A stretch of 32,000 nucleotides of DNA from Candidatus Saccharimonas sp. (GCA_015256915.3 CP076101.2:150001-182000); one strand, 5' to 3'; counted from the stretch's first letter, positions 9,216 through 17,229 are shown. Program-made: numbers and translations. The notes: generated from the letters alone by a model not told the origin.

Positions 9216-9908
9216 ATGTCTGTAAAAGTTGATATCAAGCAATTGCTTGAAGCTGGCGTTCATTTTGGTCACAAAACTTCACGCTGGCACCCAAAAATGG
9301 CGCCATATATTCACAGTAAGCGTCAAGATAGCCACATTATTGATCTAACTAAAACTGTTGAAGGTCTTGAAAAAGCTCTTCCAGCTATTACTAAAGCGGT
9401 TGAATCTGGCCGAAAAGTTCTTTTTGTTGGAACTAAAAAACAAGTTAAAGAAGCTGTTCGTGAAGCTGCTGAAAGCGTAAAACAGCCATATGTTGTTGAA
9501 CGATGGGTTGGCGGAATGCTTACAAACTCAGCAACTGTAAACCAACAAATCAAGAAATTAAAAACTCTTGAAAAACGAATGGATAGCGGTGAGCTTTCAA
9601 AACGATATTCAAAACTTGAAGTTCAACGATACGCTGAAGAAATCGAAGCTTTAAACACAAAATACGGTGGAATCAAAGATTTGATGGGTCGCCCAGGAAT
9701 TTTGTTTGTAACTGATTCAATTGCTGACGCAAACGCAATTCGTGAAGCTAAAACTTTGAATATTCCAGTGGTTGCAATTGTTGATACAAATGTAAACCCA
9801 GATGGAATTGATTATGTAATTCCAGCAAATGATGACGCTATTAAAGGTGTTAAATTGCTTTTGGACTATGTGATCGAAGCTATCAAAGAAGCTAAAACTG
9901 ATAAATAA
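9216..9908 (+). CDS. rpsB: 30S ribosomal protein S2
   Basis: LLEAGVHFGHKTSRWHPKM N-terminal signature. 230 aa. Followed by tsf. Confidence 0.95.
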   Translation: MSVKVDIKQLLEAGVHFGHKTSRWHPKMAPYIHSKRQDSHIIDLTKTVEGLEKALPAITKAVESGRKVLFVGTKKQVKEAVREAAESVKQPYVVERWVGGMLTNSATVNQQIKKLKTLEKRMDSGELSKRYSKLEVQRYAEEIEALNTKYGGIKDLMGRPGILFVTDSIADANAIREAKTLNIPVVAIVDTNVNPDGIDYVIPANDDAIKGVKLLLDYVIEAIKEAKTDK

Positions 9909-9931
9909 TTCTTAAATTCGAAAGGATAAAA

Positions 9932-10528
9932 ATGGCTGTTTCTATTGAAGAAATTAAGAAACTTAAAGAATTGACAGGTCTTGGCTTGACCGATGCCAAA
10001 AAAGCCCTTATTGAAGCTGAAGGTGATTTTGATAAAGCGCTTGAAGCTCTTCGTAAAAAAGGTCTAACAAAAGCTGAGAAAAAAGGTGACCGCGAAGCTC
10101 GTGAAGGTTTGGTTGAAGCTTACGTTCACGGTGGTCGAATTGGTGTAATTGTTGAAGTTAACTGTGAAACTGATTTCGTTGCACGAACTGAAGATTTCAA
10201 AAACTTTGCACACCAAATTGCTATGCAAATTGCTGCTATGGCGCCAGTTTATGCTACTGAAGCTGATATTCCGGCTGAAGAAATTGCTCGTGTTAAAGCT
10301 GAAGCTGAAGAGCGAGTTTCGAAAGAAGGAAAGCCAGCTGAAATTGCTGCTAAAATTGTTGATGGCCAAGTAAAAAAATACTTTGCTGAAAAAGTTCTTC
10401 TTTCACAAGCTTACATTATGGATGACAGCAAAACTGTTGAACAATTCTTAAAAGAAACTGTTGCAAAACTTGGTGAAAATATCGTTGTGCGACAATTCTC
10501 ACGAATTGAACTCGGTGTTAACGAATAA
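9932..10528 (+). CDS. tsf: elongation factor Ts (short form)
   Basis: UBA-like N-terminus IKKLKELTGLGLTDAKKALIEAEGDFDKALEALRKKG and the core VEVNCETDFVART. 198 aa. Confidence 0.93.
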   Translation: MAVSIEEIKKLKELTGLGLTDAKKALIEAEGDFDKALEALRKKGLTKAEKKGDREAREGLVEAYVHGGRIGVIVEVNCETDFVARTEDFKNFAHQIAMQIAAMAPVYATEADIPAEEIARVKAEAEERVSKEGKPAEIAAKIVDGQVKKYFAEKVLLSQAYIMDDSKTVEQFLKETVAKLGENIVVRQFSRIELGVNE

Positions 10529-10547
10529 TAAATAGTGCATTTGTAAT

Positions 10548-10576
10548 AAAGCTCCACTAATAACGGTGGAGTTTTA
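10548..10576 (+). terminator. intrinsic terminator
   Basis: CTCCAC-taataacg-GTGGAG followed by TTTT. Confidence 0.7.
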
Positions 10577-10596
10577 TTTTTGTGATTATTTAAGCC

Positions 10597-10625
10597 TTGA
10601 CTTTTTATGCATAACCAGTTATAAT
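10597..10625 (+). promoter_or_regulatory. consensus sigma70 promoter of adhesin gene
   Basis: TTGACT-N17-TATAAT, both hexamers exact apart from the last -35 base. An AGGGAGAG SD precedes the ATG at 10663. Confidence 0.65.
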
Positions 10626-10662
10626 TTTATGAACATAAGTAATAGAAAATAAAGGGAGAGAA

Positions 10663-12204
10663 ATGTTTAAGAACAAAATAGCAGTTTATGCTTTTATGGG
10701 TGCTGTTTGTGCTATGTTTTTAGCTCAGCCCGCGTTTGCTGACACAGCAAAGAGAATTGATGTTGTCGCAACGGGTGAGATTAAAGAACTTACCATAGGG
10801 TCTGCATCTAATCGTACCAATACTAAAATTAATATAAATGTCAAAAATGGTCAGGTCATTAATGCCGGTGACTATGTTGATATTAGCTTGAATAATCTTT
10901 TTGATTATGGACTATTGAATAGGGATATTCGCTATAAAGATACAATTATTGGTAAAATTAAGTCTATTAAGGCTGAAGATAACTTAGACGGTTTCAAGCG
11001 AAGAGCTATAAAAGGTCATCCTGAAGCTGAGGATATTATACCAGAGAAAACTGTGGGTAGAAATTCAGAGTATAGGTTAATTTTTAATGAGCAAGCTAAG
11101 AAATTTACGAATATGGACCTTTCTATTGAACTTGTTGATTATAATTATGCCGGCTGGGTTAATCATAAATATAATGTTGAGCAATCCGTAAAGGTTAATG
11201 ATAAAGATATTGCGCGTAAAACCGGCACAATTAATGGGGTTGATAAAACATCGCCAGTAGTCGATTTTAGTTTTAGAATTTTTCATGCTTCTAGCCAAGA
11301 TGGCGAAAATTTAAATGGCGCTTTCTTTGATTTTGGATTGATGCAGTCCGATAAAAATAATCCTAAACATATTAAATCAGGTGATATTGTTAAGATGAAA
11401 TTACCACAATCTTCTGGTATTGCATTTGACATAAAATTGAATCCAAAAGAGGGAGCGGTCGGCACTATAAATACTCAAGAGCTATATGCTAATTTTGGTG
11501 ATAATGCTACTTCAAAAGGAGTCTTGCTTAAAACTGGTATAAACTTAAAATATAAAGTTATAAAAAACTCAAGCCACGAGCTTGTGTACCAGATTGTCGA
11601 GATTTCTAATGATAAAGCCTCGTATCAATTCTTACCAAGATTAACTATTTTAGACACTAGCGAAAAAACAGTTAACTATAATGAAGGTAAATTAAATCCA
11701 ATTTCTGCAACCACAGAAATTTACCGAGGTGATGATAAATATTTTTCTCTAGATAAACCAGCTGCAGGTGTTATAAGTGGTACGAAAATGAAATCTTACG
11801 CAGATATTAAAAAGCGTGGATCTGTGATTGTGCGATATCAAGATGAGAACGGTGTGAGCCTTGCTCCTGAAGTTTTATTAGCGAATAAAGTTCAAGTGGG
11901 TACAGATTATTCTGCCGAAGAAAAGCAATTCGAAGGATTCGAAAAAGCTGAACTATTTAAAAACTCATCGCCTAAAACTGGAAAAGTTGAAGAAGGTGTA
12001 AAGATTGTAACATTTGTTTATAAAAAGAAAAGCATTCCTGCGCCTGAAAAACCTTTGAATCTAGTAAAAGAAGAGAAGAAGCCAAAAGAAAATATTAGTG
12101 CACCAAACACAGGTTTTGAAAATAATTTTATTAAAAATTTACTTTTCATGGGCGGTGCTGCACTTTCTATAATTTCTATAATTGTTATTAGAAAAAACTA
12201 TTAA
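10663..12204 (+). CDS. cell-surface adhesin: signal peptide, MSCRAMM-like N-terminal region, MucBP-like domain, APNTG sorting-type signal
   Basis: Signal peptide ...LAQPAFA|DTAK. The MucBP-like segment GSVIVRYQDENGVSLAPE...GVKIVTFVYKKK spans nt 11818-12030. C-terminus has SAPNTGF (nt 12100-12114), a hydrophobic helix, then RKNY. Confidence 0.8.
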   Translation: MFKNKIAVYAFMGAVCAMFLAQPAFADTAKRIDVVATGEIKELTIGSASNRTNTKININVKNGQVINAGDYVDISLNNLFDYGLLNRDIRYKDTIIGKIKSIKAEDNLDGFKRRAIKGHPEAEDIIPEKTVGRNSEYRLIFNEQAKKFTNMDLSIELVDYNYAGWVNHKYNVEQSVKVNDKDIARKTGTINGVDKTSPVVDFSFRIFHASSQDGENLNGAFFDFGLMQSDKNNPKHIKSGDIVKMKLPQSSGIAFDIKLNPKEGAVGTINTQELYANFGDNATSKGVLLKTGINLKYKVIKNSSHELVYQIVEISNDKASYQFLPRLTILDTSEKTVNYNEGKLNPISATTEIYRGDDKYFSLDKPAAGVISGTKMKSYADIKKRGSVIVRYQDENGVSLAPEVLLANKVQVGTDYSAEEKQFEGFEKAELFKNSSPKTGKVEEGVKIVTFVYKKKSIPAPEKPLNLVKEEKKPKENISAPNTGFENNFIKNLLFMGGAALSIISIIVIRKNY

Positions 12205-12219
12205 ATAGAATAAATAAGA

Positions 12220-12257
12220 TAAAAGACCTCTTTCGCTAAAATTTAAGAGGTCTTTTA
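12220..12257. terminator. bidirectional intrinsic terminator (adhesin / orphan A convergent)
   Basis: AGACCTCT-ttcgctaaaattta-AGAGGTCT, flanked by A4 and T4. Confidence 0.75.
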
Positions 12258-12277
12258 TTGTTGTTGCTATGATTATA

Positions 12278-12595
12278 TTAAGCTAAACTCTTTTCGATAA
12301 AGGCGATTATTCGCACGTCGCGAGATTCTAACTCGCTTTCTTCATTAATTTCATTCACACCGAATATTTCTTCTGCGCCTTCACCAAATTTTGCATGCAA
12401 AGTTTTGATCCAGTTGCCATTTGCGAGCTTTTTTAGGCTAACATTTTCGCTAAAGCTCACACCACGAAAGAAGTTTTTTTCGTTGGGTAGTTCAATTTTT
12501 ATTTCTTTGTTATTTTTTTCAATCTTCAATTTAAAATTTTTCTTAAAAATTGGGTCAAAGTATTCAATTACTTTTTTAATCTTTTTTTGTTTCAT
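12278..12595 (-). CDS. orphan A: 105 aa hypothetical cytoplasmic protein
   Basis: Start set at MKQKKIKKVIEYFDP (ATG 12595), preceded by an AAGGAA SD. The 170 aa ORF in the track reads through the promoter and the upstream gene's terminator. No signal peptide or known motif. Confidence 0.65.
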   Translation of the reverse strand: MKQKKIKKVIEYFDPIFKKNFKLKIEKNNKEIKIELPNEKNFFRGVSFSENVSLKKLANGNWIKTLHAKFGEGAEEIFGVNEINEESELESRDVRIIAFIEKSLA

Positions 12596-12631
12596 TTGAT
12601 TCCTTTTTTGTTTTTGCTTTAAAACATAACT

Positions 12632-12660
12632 ATAATAACATAAAAAAATAAAAAAGTCAA
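12632..12660 (-). promoter_or_regulatory. sigma70 promoter of orphan A
   Basis: The minus strand reads TTGACT-N17-TATTAT. Confidence 0.6.
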
Positions 12661-12663
12661 TAG

Positions 12664-12688
12664 AAAACCCCGCCATTTTGGCGAGGCG
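12664..12688 (-). terminator. intrinsic terminator of orphan B
   Basis: The minus strand reads CCTCGCC-aaaat-GGCGGGG followed by TTTT. Confidence 0.7.
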
Positions 12689-12698
12689 TGTTGACCGC

Positions 12699-13073
12699 TT
12701 AGGGTTTATAATACTTGTGGCCCTTAGGAAGGAACTTCCTAATGTCGCCACGGAGCCAAACCCTAATATGCTTTTCACCATTTTTATCAAAGAATGCCAC
12801 TCTTTTCACTGTTTGGAATAGGGGACTCATTCGAATGGTGTTATTGATATAATAGAGATATTTCTCTTCAAAAATATCGCTAGCCGGAATTTCAATAATA
12901 TAACATTTTCCTGCAGAACAAGAACTGATCGCATTTTTAATCTCTTGATCGCTTAATCCTGCAAAAACTTCACGAATCTTCAATGAAAGTTTATCGTGAT
13001 AATCTTTCGCATCAATTGTGCGAGCTTTTTCGGTCAATTCTGCATTTGATCTAGTTGTAACAGCTGTACCCAT
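12699..13073 (-). CDS. orphan B: 124 aa hypothetical protein
   Basis: Start set at MGTAVTTRSN (ATG 13073), 8 nt after an AAGGAGG SD. No recognisable family. Contains CSAGKC. Confidence 0.7.
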   Translation of the reverse strand: MGTAVTTRSNAELTEKARTIDAKDYHDKLSLKIREVFAGLSDQEIKNAISSCSAGKCYIIEIPASDIFEEKYLYYINNTIRMSPLFQTVKRVAFFDKNGEKHIRVWLRGDIRKFLPKGHKYYKP

Positions 13074-13120
13074 AGTAGTCCTCCTTAAAGTGCATCCCCG
13101 AAGGGAATAGTGATATACCA

Positions 13121-13149
13121 ATTATACCACTTTTAAAAATAAAAGTCAA
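13121..13149 (-). promoter_or_regulatory. consensus sigma70 promoter of orphan B
   Basis: The minus strand reads TTGACT-N17-TATAAT. The 5' UTR contains a CCC-UUCG-GGG tetraloop hairpin (13096-13105). Confidence 0.65.
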
Positions 13150-13150
13150 T

Positions 13151-13180
13151 TAAAAAGCCCCAAATTTAAATTGGAGCTTA
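13151..13180 (-). terminator. intrinsic terminator of orphan C
   Basis: The minus strand reads AGCTCC-aatttaaattt-GGGGCT followed by TTTTT. Confidence 0.65.
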
Positions 13181-13184
13181 AGGA

Positions 13185-13847
13185 TTAAAAATCCAGTCCG
13201 TGTATTTGAACATACAGATTGTATCCCTTTTTTCGGGATTCACTATCAATGTGCGGTCGCCTGAAACCAGTAATATTTTTAAATACTGTCTTCTGTCTCT
13301 TTAGGTATCTATATAAGGATGACGGATGAATATTCTCTGGTAAAACAATTGGAATTTCAATCATTTTGTTAATGCGAATTTGCTCACAAAGATCGTCGTA
13401 TTCATCTTTCGAAAGTTTTCGAAGGTGTTTCTTAACTTCTTCCGATATTGCTTCATAATAAATATTAACTTTACCGTTTTGACTTGGCTTATCAGATTCC
13501 AAAATCAATTTTGGCTCTATTAGAAATATGATTTGTTCTACACCGTCTTTTTCAGCTTCATATTCTTCAAAAATATGAAACTTCCTATTGACGGTTCCGC
13601 GAACCTCAATAAATTTATCATTGCCATATCCTATTTCGATCGCTTCTTTCTTTGGAATACTAATCCTTGTGGAATACTTCCTCCAATGATCATAGTAATT
13701 GAATGGAATTGTTTGCCGTTCGGCAGATTGGCCGAGCTCTTTTATGATATGCCTAATAATCTTATATAAGATTATTGTATATTCTTCTTCAAGCTTTTTC
13801 AGCTTTTCTTCGCTTTGTAGAGGCCCAACGAGTTTACTTCTTTCCAT
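13185..13847 (-). CDS. orphan C: 220 aa hypothetical protein
   Basis: Start set at MERSKLVGP (ATG 13847), preceded by an AGGAGGAA SD. No signal peptide or TM segment, and no motif I recognise. Confidence 0.7.
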   Translation of the reverse strand: MERSKLVGPLQSEEKLKKLEEEYTIILYKIIRHIIKELGQSAERQTIPFNYYDHWRKYSTRISIPKKEAIEIGYGNDKFIEVRGTVNRKFHIFEEYEAEKDGVEQIIFLIEPKLILESDKPSQNGKVNIYYEAISEEVKKHLRKLSKDEYDDLCEQIRINKMIEIPIVLPENIHPSSLYRYLKRQKTVFKNITGFRRPHIDSESRKKGYNLYVQIHGLDF

Positions 13848-13904
13848 GAAAACTTCCTCCTGGATTTTTTTCTGCACAGTTTTTGAAAGAACTAATACTT
13901 ACAT

Positions 13905-13933
13905 ATTATATAATTTTATATTAATAAAGTCAA
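13905..13933 (-). promoter_or_regulatory. consensus sigma70 promoter of orphan C
   Basis: The minus strand reads TTGACT-N17-TATAAT. Confidence 0.65.
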
Positions 13934-13968
13934 GTTAAAAAGGGGTTATTTTTTTGCCGAAACTGTAG

Positions 13969-13974
13969 TATAAT
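13969..13974 (+). promoter_or_regulatory. -10 box of serS, leaderless
   Basis: TATAAT, then 6 nt (tattat), then the ATG at 13981. No SD. Confidence 0.45.
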
Positions 13975-13980
13975 TATTAT

Positions 13981-15243
13981 ATGTTAGATATTAGATTTAT
14001 TCGTGAAAATGCTGAGCGTGTGCAAAAAGATGCGTTGAATAAAGGTTATAAAAATGCTGATGTCCAAGCTGTCATTTCGCTCGACGACGAAAGAAAAGCT
14101 CTTACGGCTCAAATTGACGAACTTCGAACTCGCCGTAACCAAATTGCGGCCTCAATGAAAAACTCTGGTGGAAAGCCGAGTGATGAACAAATTGCAGAAG
14201 GCAAGAAAATCAAAGAAGAGCTTGCCGAGCTTGAAAAAACTTATCGCGAACTTGACGAAAAACTTTCGAATGCTTTAAACGGTATTCCAAATATTCTTCA
14301 AGCTGATGTGCCGATTGGTGAGGAAGGCGAAGATGATTTGGTAAAAGCTTGGGGCGAAGAACTTTTCGAAAGTCGTAAAGGTGCTGAAGACCACTTAGAT
14401 TTTGCAAACAAAAAAGGTTGGGTTGATTTTGAGCGTGGCTCGAAGGTTGCTGGAACGAAATTCTATTTCTTGAAAGGCGATTTGGCGCTTCTTGAAAATG
14501 CTATTTATCAGTTCGCTCTGAATAAATTGATTTCGAAAGGCTTTAATTTTATGACCGTTCCGCATATGGTTAATGGTGAAGTTGCCACGGGAACTGGATT
14601 TGCACCTCGTTCAAGCGAACAAAGTGATGAATATTTCATTGAAGGTGAGGATTTAAGTTTGATTGCAACTGCTGAAATGTCATTAACTGGTTATCATGCT
14701 GGTGAAATTTTGAACGAGAAAGATTTGCCAATTTTTTACGCTGGATATTCTCCTTGCTATCGAAAAGAGGCGGGAACTTACGGTAAGCACACGCGCGGGC
14801 TTTTCCGTGTTCATCAGTTCAACAAGCTTGAAATGTATGCCTATGCCTTACCGGAGCAAAGTGTTGATGTCCACGAGAAAATTTTGGTGGTGGAAGAAGA
14901 GATTTATCAAGAGCTTGGTATTCCTTATCGCGTGATTAATATCGCGAGTGGCGACTTGGGCGCACCAGCTTCAAAGAAATATGATATTGAATATTGGAGC
15001 CCAGTCGATGGTAGTTATCGCGAGATTACGAGCTGCTCAAACTGCACCGACTATCAAGCACGAAATTTGAATATTCGCGTGCGTCGTGAAAATGGTGAAT
15101 TGCAAGTTGTTCACACTTTGAATGGTACAGCTGTTTCACTTGCGCGATGTTTGGTGGCGGCAATTGAAAATTTTCAAGATGGGGAAGATCTTGTTTTACC
15201 AAAAGTTCTTCGACCATATATGAATAATCGCGAACGAATCTAA
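13981..15243 (+). CDS. serS: seryl-tRNA synthetase
   Basis: N-terminal coiled-coil arm (MLDIRFIRENAE...). Class II motif 2 is FRVHQFNKLE and motif 3 is GTAVSLARCLVAAIEN. 420 aa. Confidence 0.94.
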   Translation: MLDIRFIRENAERVQKDALNKGYKNADVQAVISLDDERKALTAQIDELRTRRNQIAASMKNSGGKPSDEQIAEGKKIKEELAELEKTYRELDEKLSNALNGIPNILQADVPIGEEGEDDLVKAWGEELFESRKGAEDHLDFANKKGWVDFERGSKVAGTKFYFLKGDLALLENAIYQFALNKLISKGFNFMTVPHMVNGEVATGTGFAPRSSEQSDEYFIEGEDLSLIATAEMSLTGYHAGEILNEKDLPIFYAGYSPCYRKEAGTYGKHTRGLFRVHQFNKLEMYAYALPEQSVDVHEKILVVEEEIYQELGIPYRVINIASGDLGAPASKKYDIEYWSPVDGSYREITSCSNCTDYQARNLNIRVRRENGELQVVHTLNGTAVSLARCLVAAIENFQDGEDLVLPKVLRPYMNNRERI

Positions 15244-15252
15244 AAAATAAAA

Positions 15253-15308
15253 TAAGCACTAAATATAGAGTTTTGTAAATTTTACAACACTATATATAGT
15301 GCTTTTTT
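15253..15308 (+). terminator. long hairpin terminator after serS
   Basis: AAGCACTAAATATAG ... CTATATATAGTGCTT gives a ~15 bp stem with 1 mismatch, plus inner pairing, followed by T6. Confidence 0.7.
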
Positions 15309-15318
15309 GATTTGTTTA

Positions 15319-15327
15319 TGCTATAAT
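15319..15327 (+). promoter_or_regulatory. extended -10 promoter of nrdH-like gene
   Basis: TGcTATAAT. Followed by a ~25 nt leader with an AAGAAGG SD. Confidence 0.45.
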
Positions 15328-15359
15328 CTAAATATAAATTAAGAAAGAAGGTGTCTAAT

Positions 15360-15623
15360 ATGCCAGTACTTTTCGTAGCTAAAAATTGTATGGCTTGCAC
15401 TATGACAAAAAAACAACTAGAAAGAGAAGGTGTTTTAGATTGTTTTACTATTTATGATGCAAGCAATGACCCTGATGGTTCTATAGCGATAATGACTGAC
15501 GAGTTGAAGCGGGACTACGGTCTATCGGGCGCTCCGTTCGTAGACCCAAGAGATTTGGGCCTCGAACCTTTTGTTGGGTTTAATCCCGATAAAATCAATG
15601 AAGTTATAGACAAGCTTAAGTAG
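15360..15623 (+). CDS. nrdH: NrdH-like glutaredoxin-fold redoxin
   Basis: CxxC motif (NCMAC) near the N-terminus and a C-terminal FVGFNPDKI resembling the NrdH WSGFRPDKI signature. The ATG at 15360 is preferred over the GTG at 15351, which lies inside the SD. Confidence 0.7.
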   Translation: MPVLFVAKNCMACTMTKKQLEREGVLDCFTIYDASNDPDGSIAIMTDELKRDYGLSGAPFVDPRDLGLEPFVGFNPDKINEVIDKLK

Positions 15624-15632
15624 CTAGTGTAG

Positions 15633-15656
15633 AGCTCGCATTCGCGGGCTTTTTTC
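15633..15656 (+). terminator. intrinsic terminator
   Basis: AGCTCGC-attc-GCGGGCT followed by T6. Confidence 0.7.
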
Positions 15657-15685
15657 TTGACAAAATAAAATGTTTATGCTAATAT
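15657..15685 (+). promoter_or_regulatory. sigma70 promoter of hpf
   Basis: TTGACA-N17-TAATAT. Confidence 0.6.
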
Positions 15686-15716
15686 AGAGATATAAACTAA
15701 CAAAAAAGGATTATAT

Positions 15717-16085
15717 ATGATCTCACAGATTGAAATTACAGGAAATAAATACGAAATTGACGAAACGACCAAAAAATACGCAGAAAAACACATCGGTAAA
15801 TTAGATAAATATTTGCCACGACATGCTAAAAAATCAGCTTCAGCTCGCGTGGTGATTTCGCAAATCAATGGCACTCACGATAATAAATATGAAGTTGAGG
15901 CGGTTATTAACGTACCAGACAAAACTCTTGTTGCAAAAGACCAAAGTTCAAATGTTTTAGCGGCAATCGATATTGTTGAAGCGAAGCTTGATGGGCAAAT
16001 TCGCCGTTATAAAACTGAGAAAAATCCACGCCTTGGCAAAGCTGGTATTATGGCGAAATTCAAGCGTTCTCTAAAACGTGGCTAA
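15717..16085 (+). CDS. hpf: ribosome hibernation promoting factor / RaiA family (short form)
   Basis: S30AE-family pattern: IEITGNKYEIDETTKKYAEKHIGKLDKY...YEVEAVINVP...SSNVLAAIDIVEAKLDGQIRRYK. Confidence 0.85.
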   Translation: MISQIEITGNKYEIDETTKKYAEKHIGKLDKYLPRHAKKSASARVVISQINGTHDNKYEVEAVINVPDKTLVAKDQSSNVLAAIDIVEAKLDGQIRRYKTEKNPRLGKAGIMAKFKRSLKRG

Positions 16086-16103
16086 AAACTTTCGAAAACT
16101 TAA

Positions 16104-16138
16104 AAAATCTCTGCAATCTGGCAGAGATTTTGCTTTTT
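16104..16138 (+). terminator. intrinsic terminator
   Basis: AATCTCTGC-aatctg-GCAGAGATT followed by a T-rich run. Confidence 0.7.
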
Positions 16139-16157
16139 AAATAAAATATGATATAAT
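16130..16157 (+). promoter_or_regulatory. promoter of orphan operon 16198-17194
   Basis: TTGCTT-N16-(TGa)TATAAT. The leader carries a GGGGGTGA SD. Confidence 0.5.
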
Positions 16158-16197
16158 TAAGCTATTGCTATTTTAAAATTTTTGTGGGGGTGAAAAT

Positions 16198-16749
16198 ATG
16201 AATAAACACACAAATGAGCAGCAAGAACTTTTACGTGAGATGTTACATCGCAAGTCGAGTGAAATACTAGCTTGCCTTCATCGTAAACAGGAAAGTGAGT
16301 CTTCTATAACGTATAGGATTGTGTTTTTTCGAAAAGATGGGAAGAATATAATTCCAGAAATTGGTGTTCGAGTTCAATTTTTGAAAGAGATTGAAGACCT
16401 CAAAGGTGATTCGGTTTTTACTGTTTTAGATTGGTTTTTCGAGCAAGATCAAGGTTTGGAATATCGACCATGTAAGGTTGAAATAATTGGTCGTGGTATG
16501 CTCAAAGAATTAAGCATTGAAGAATGCCTTGAGAATTATAGGCATTTTGTTTGGTATAATTCCTTAAGTTGGACTGATCGGCTTTTCGAAATTCAAGATA
16601 TCGCAGAAGTTATTAAGCGCGAATTTATGAGTGGAGAAAGCAAAGAAGTGGTTGGTCAAGATTTAACATATCTTGGCGAAAGAGTCCAGGATATTATACC
16701 TTATTTTTGCATGCATATTAATGAAGGAGATTTTAGCTATGAATGGTGA
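16198..16749 (+). CDS. orphan F: 183 aa hypothetical protein (Trp- and Cys/His-containing)
   Basis: Good SD. No signal peptide. Has four Cys in the contexts ACLH, PCK, ECLENYRH and FCMH. No family recognised. Confidence 0.7.
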   Translation: MNKHTNEQQELLREMLHRKSSEILACLHRKQESESSITYRIVFFRKDGKNIIPEIGVRVQFLKEIEDLKGDSVFTVLDWFFEQDQGLEYRPCKVEIIGRGMLKELSIEECLENYRHFVWYNSLSWTDRLFEIQDIAEVIKREFMSGESKEVVGQDLTYLGERVQDIIPYFCMHINEGDFSYEW

Positions 16750-17194
16750 ATTAACAATTAAAGACTTATTCAGAAAATATGGTCGGCGATTCGTAACTAT
16801 CTTTAAGAATGCTGATGGTATTAATACTGTTGGCTTCTATGAAATCATTACAGTTAAAGGTGAACCGCCAATAATTAAGCTGAAAGTAGTTGAATTTGAT
16901 GAAAATAATCAAGAGCTTTTTATTTCAAGTGATGACGAAGGAGAAAACTGGTTTGAAGCTTATGAATTGAAAACTCTTGTTGAAAATGGATTTTTCTTTC
17001 CACTTTCCAGCCCGCCAACTAAAGCTAGTAGAAGATACCTAAAATTACTTGATAAATATCGAAAATTAGCTTTGAAAGTTTTTGAATATGAAAAGTTGCT
17101 TGATGATCTTGAGCTCTTTTCTCAGAAGTATGAACAGCTTAGAGTTGAGATAATTAATTCTTTGAATGATGTTATCAACACGGTTTTTGAATAA
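16739..17194 (+). CDS. orphan G: 151 aa hypothetical protein with C-terminal coiled coil
   Basis: Start set at MNGELTIKD (ATG 16739), 8 nt after a GAAGGAGA SD. It overlaps the end of orphan F by 11 nt, suggesting translational coupling. Confidence 0.7.
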   Translation: MNGELTIKDLFRKYGRRFVTIFKNADGINTVGFYEIITVKGEPPIIKLKVVEFDENNQELFISSDDEGENWFEAYELKTLVENGFFFPLSSPPTKASRRYLKLLDKYRKLALKVFEYEKLLDDLELFSQKYEQLRVEIINSLNDVINTVFE

Positions 17195-17217
17195 AGTCCT
17201 GAAAGGGGCTTTTTTTA
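17195..17217 (+). terminator. intrinsic terminator (GAAA tetraloop)
   Basis: AGTCCT-gaaa-GGGGCT (includes G-U pairs) followed by T7. Confidence 0.55.
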
Positions 17218-17229
17218 ATATTCAAATTA

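Noticed and set aside
12596-13121. Long 5' extensions of ORFs in the track: the 170 aa form of 12278..12790, the 140 aa form of 12699..13121, the 230 aa form of 13185..13877, and the upstream Mets of prfA, secA and proS.
   Set aside because: The extensions run through recognisable promoters, terminators or the preceding gene. Internal ATGs have properly spaced SD sequences or are the family-typical N-termini.
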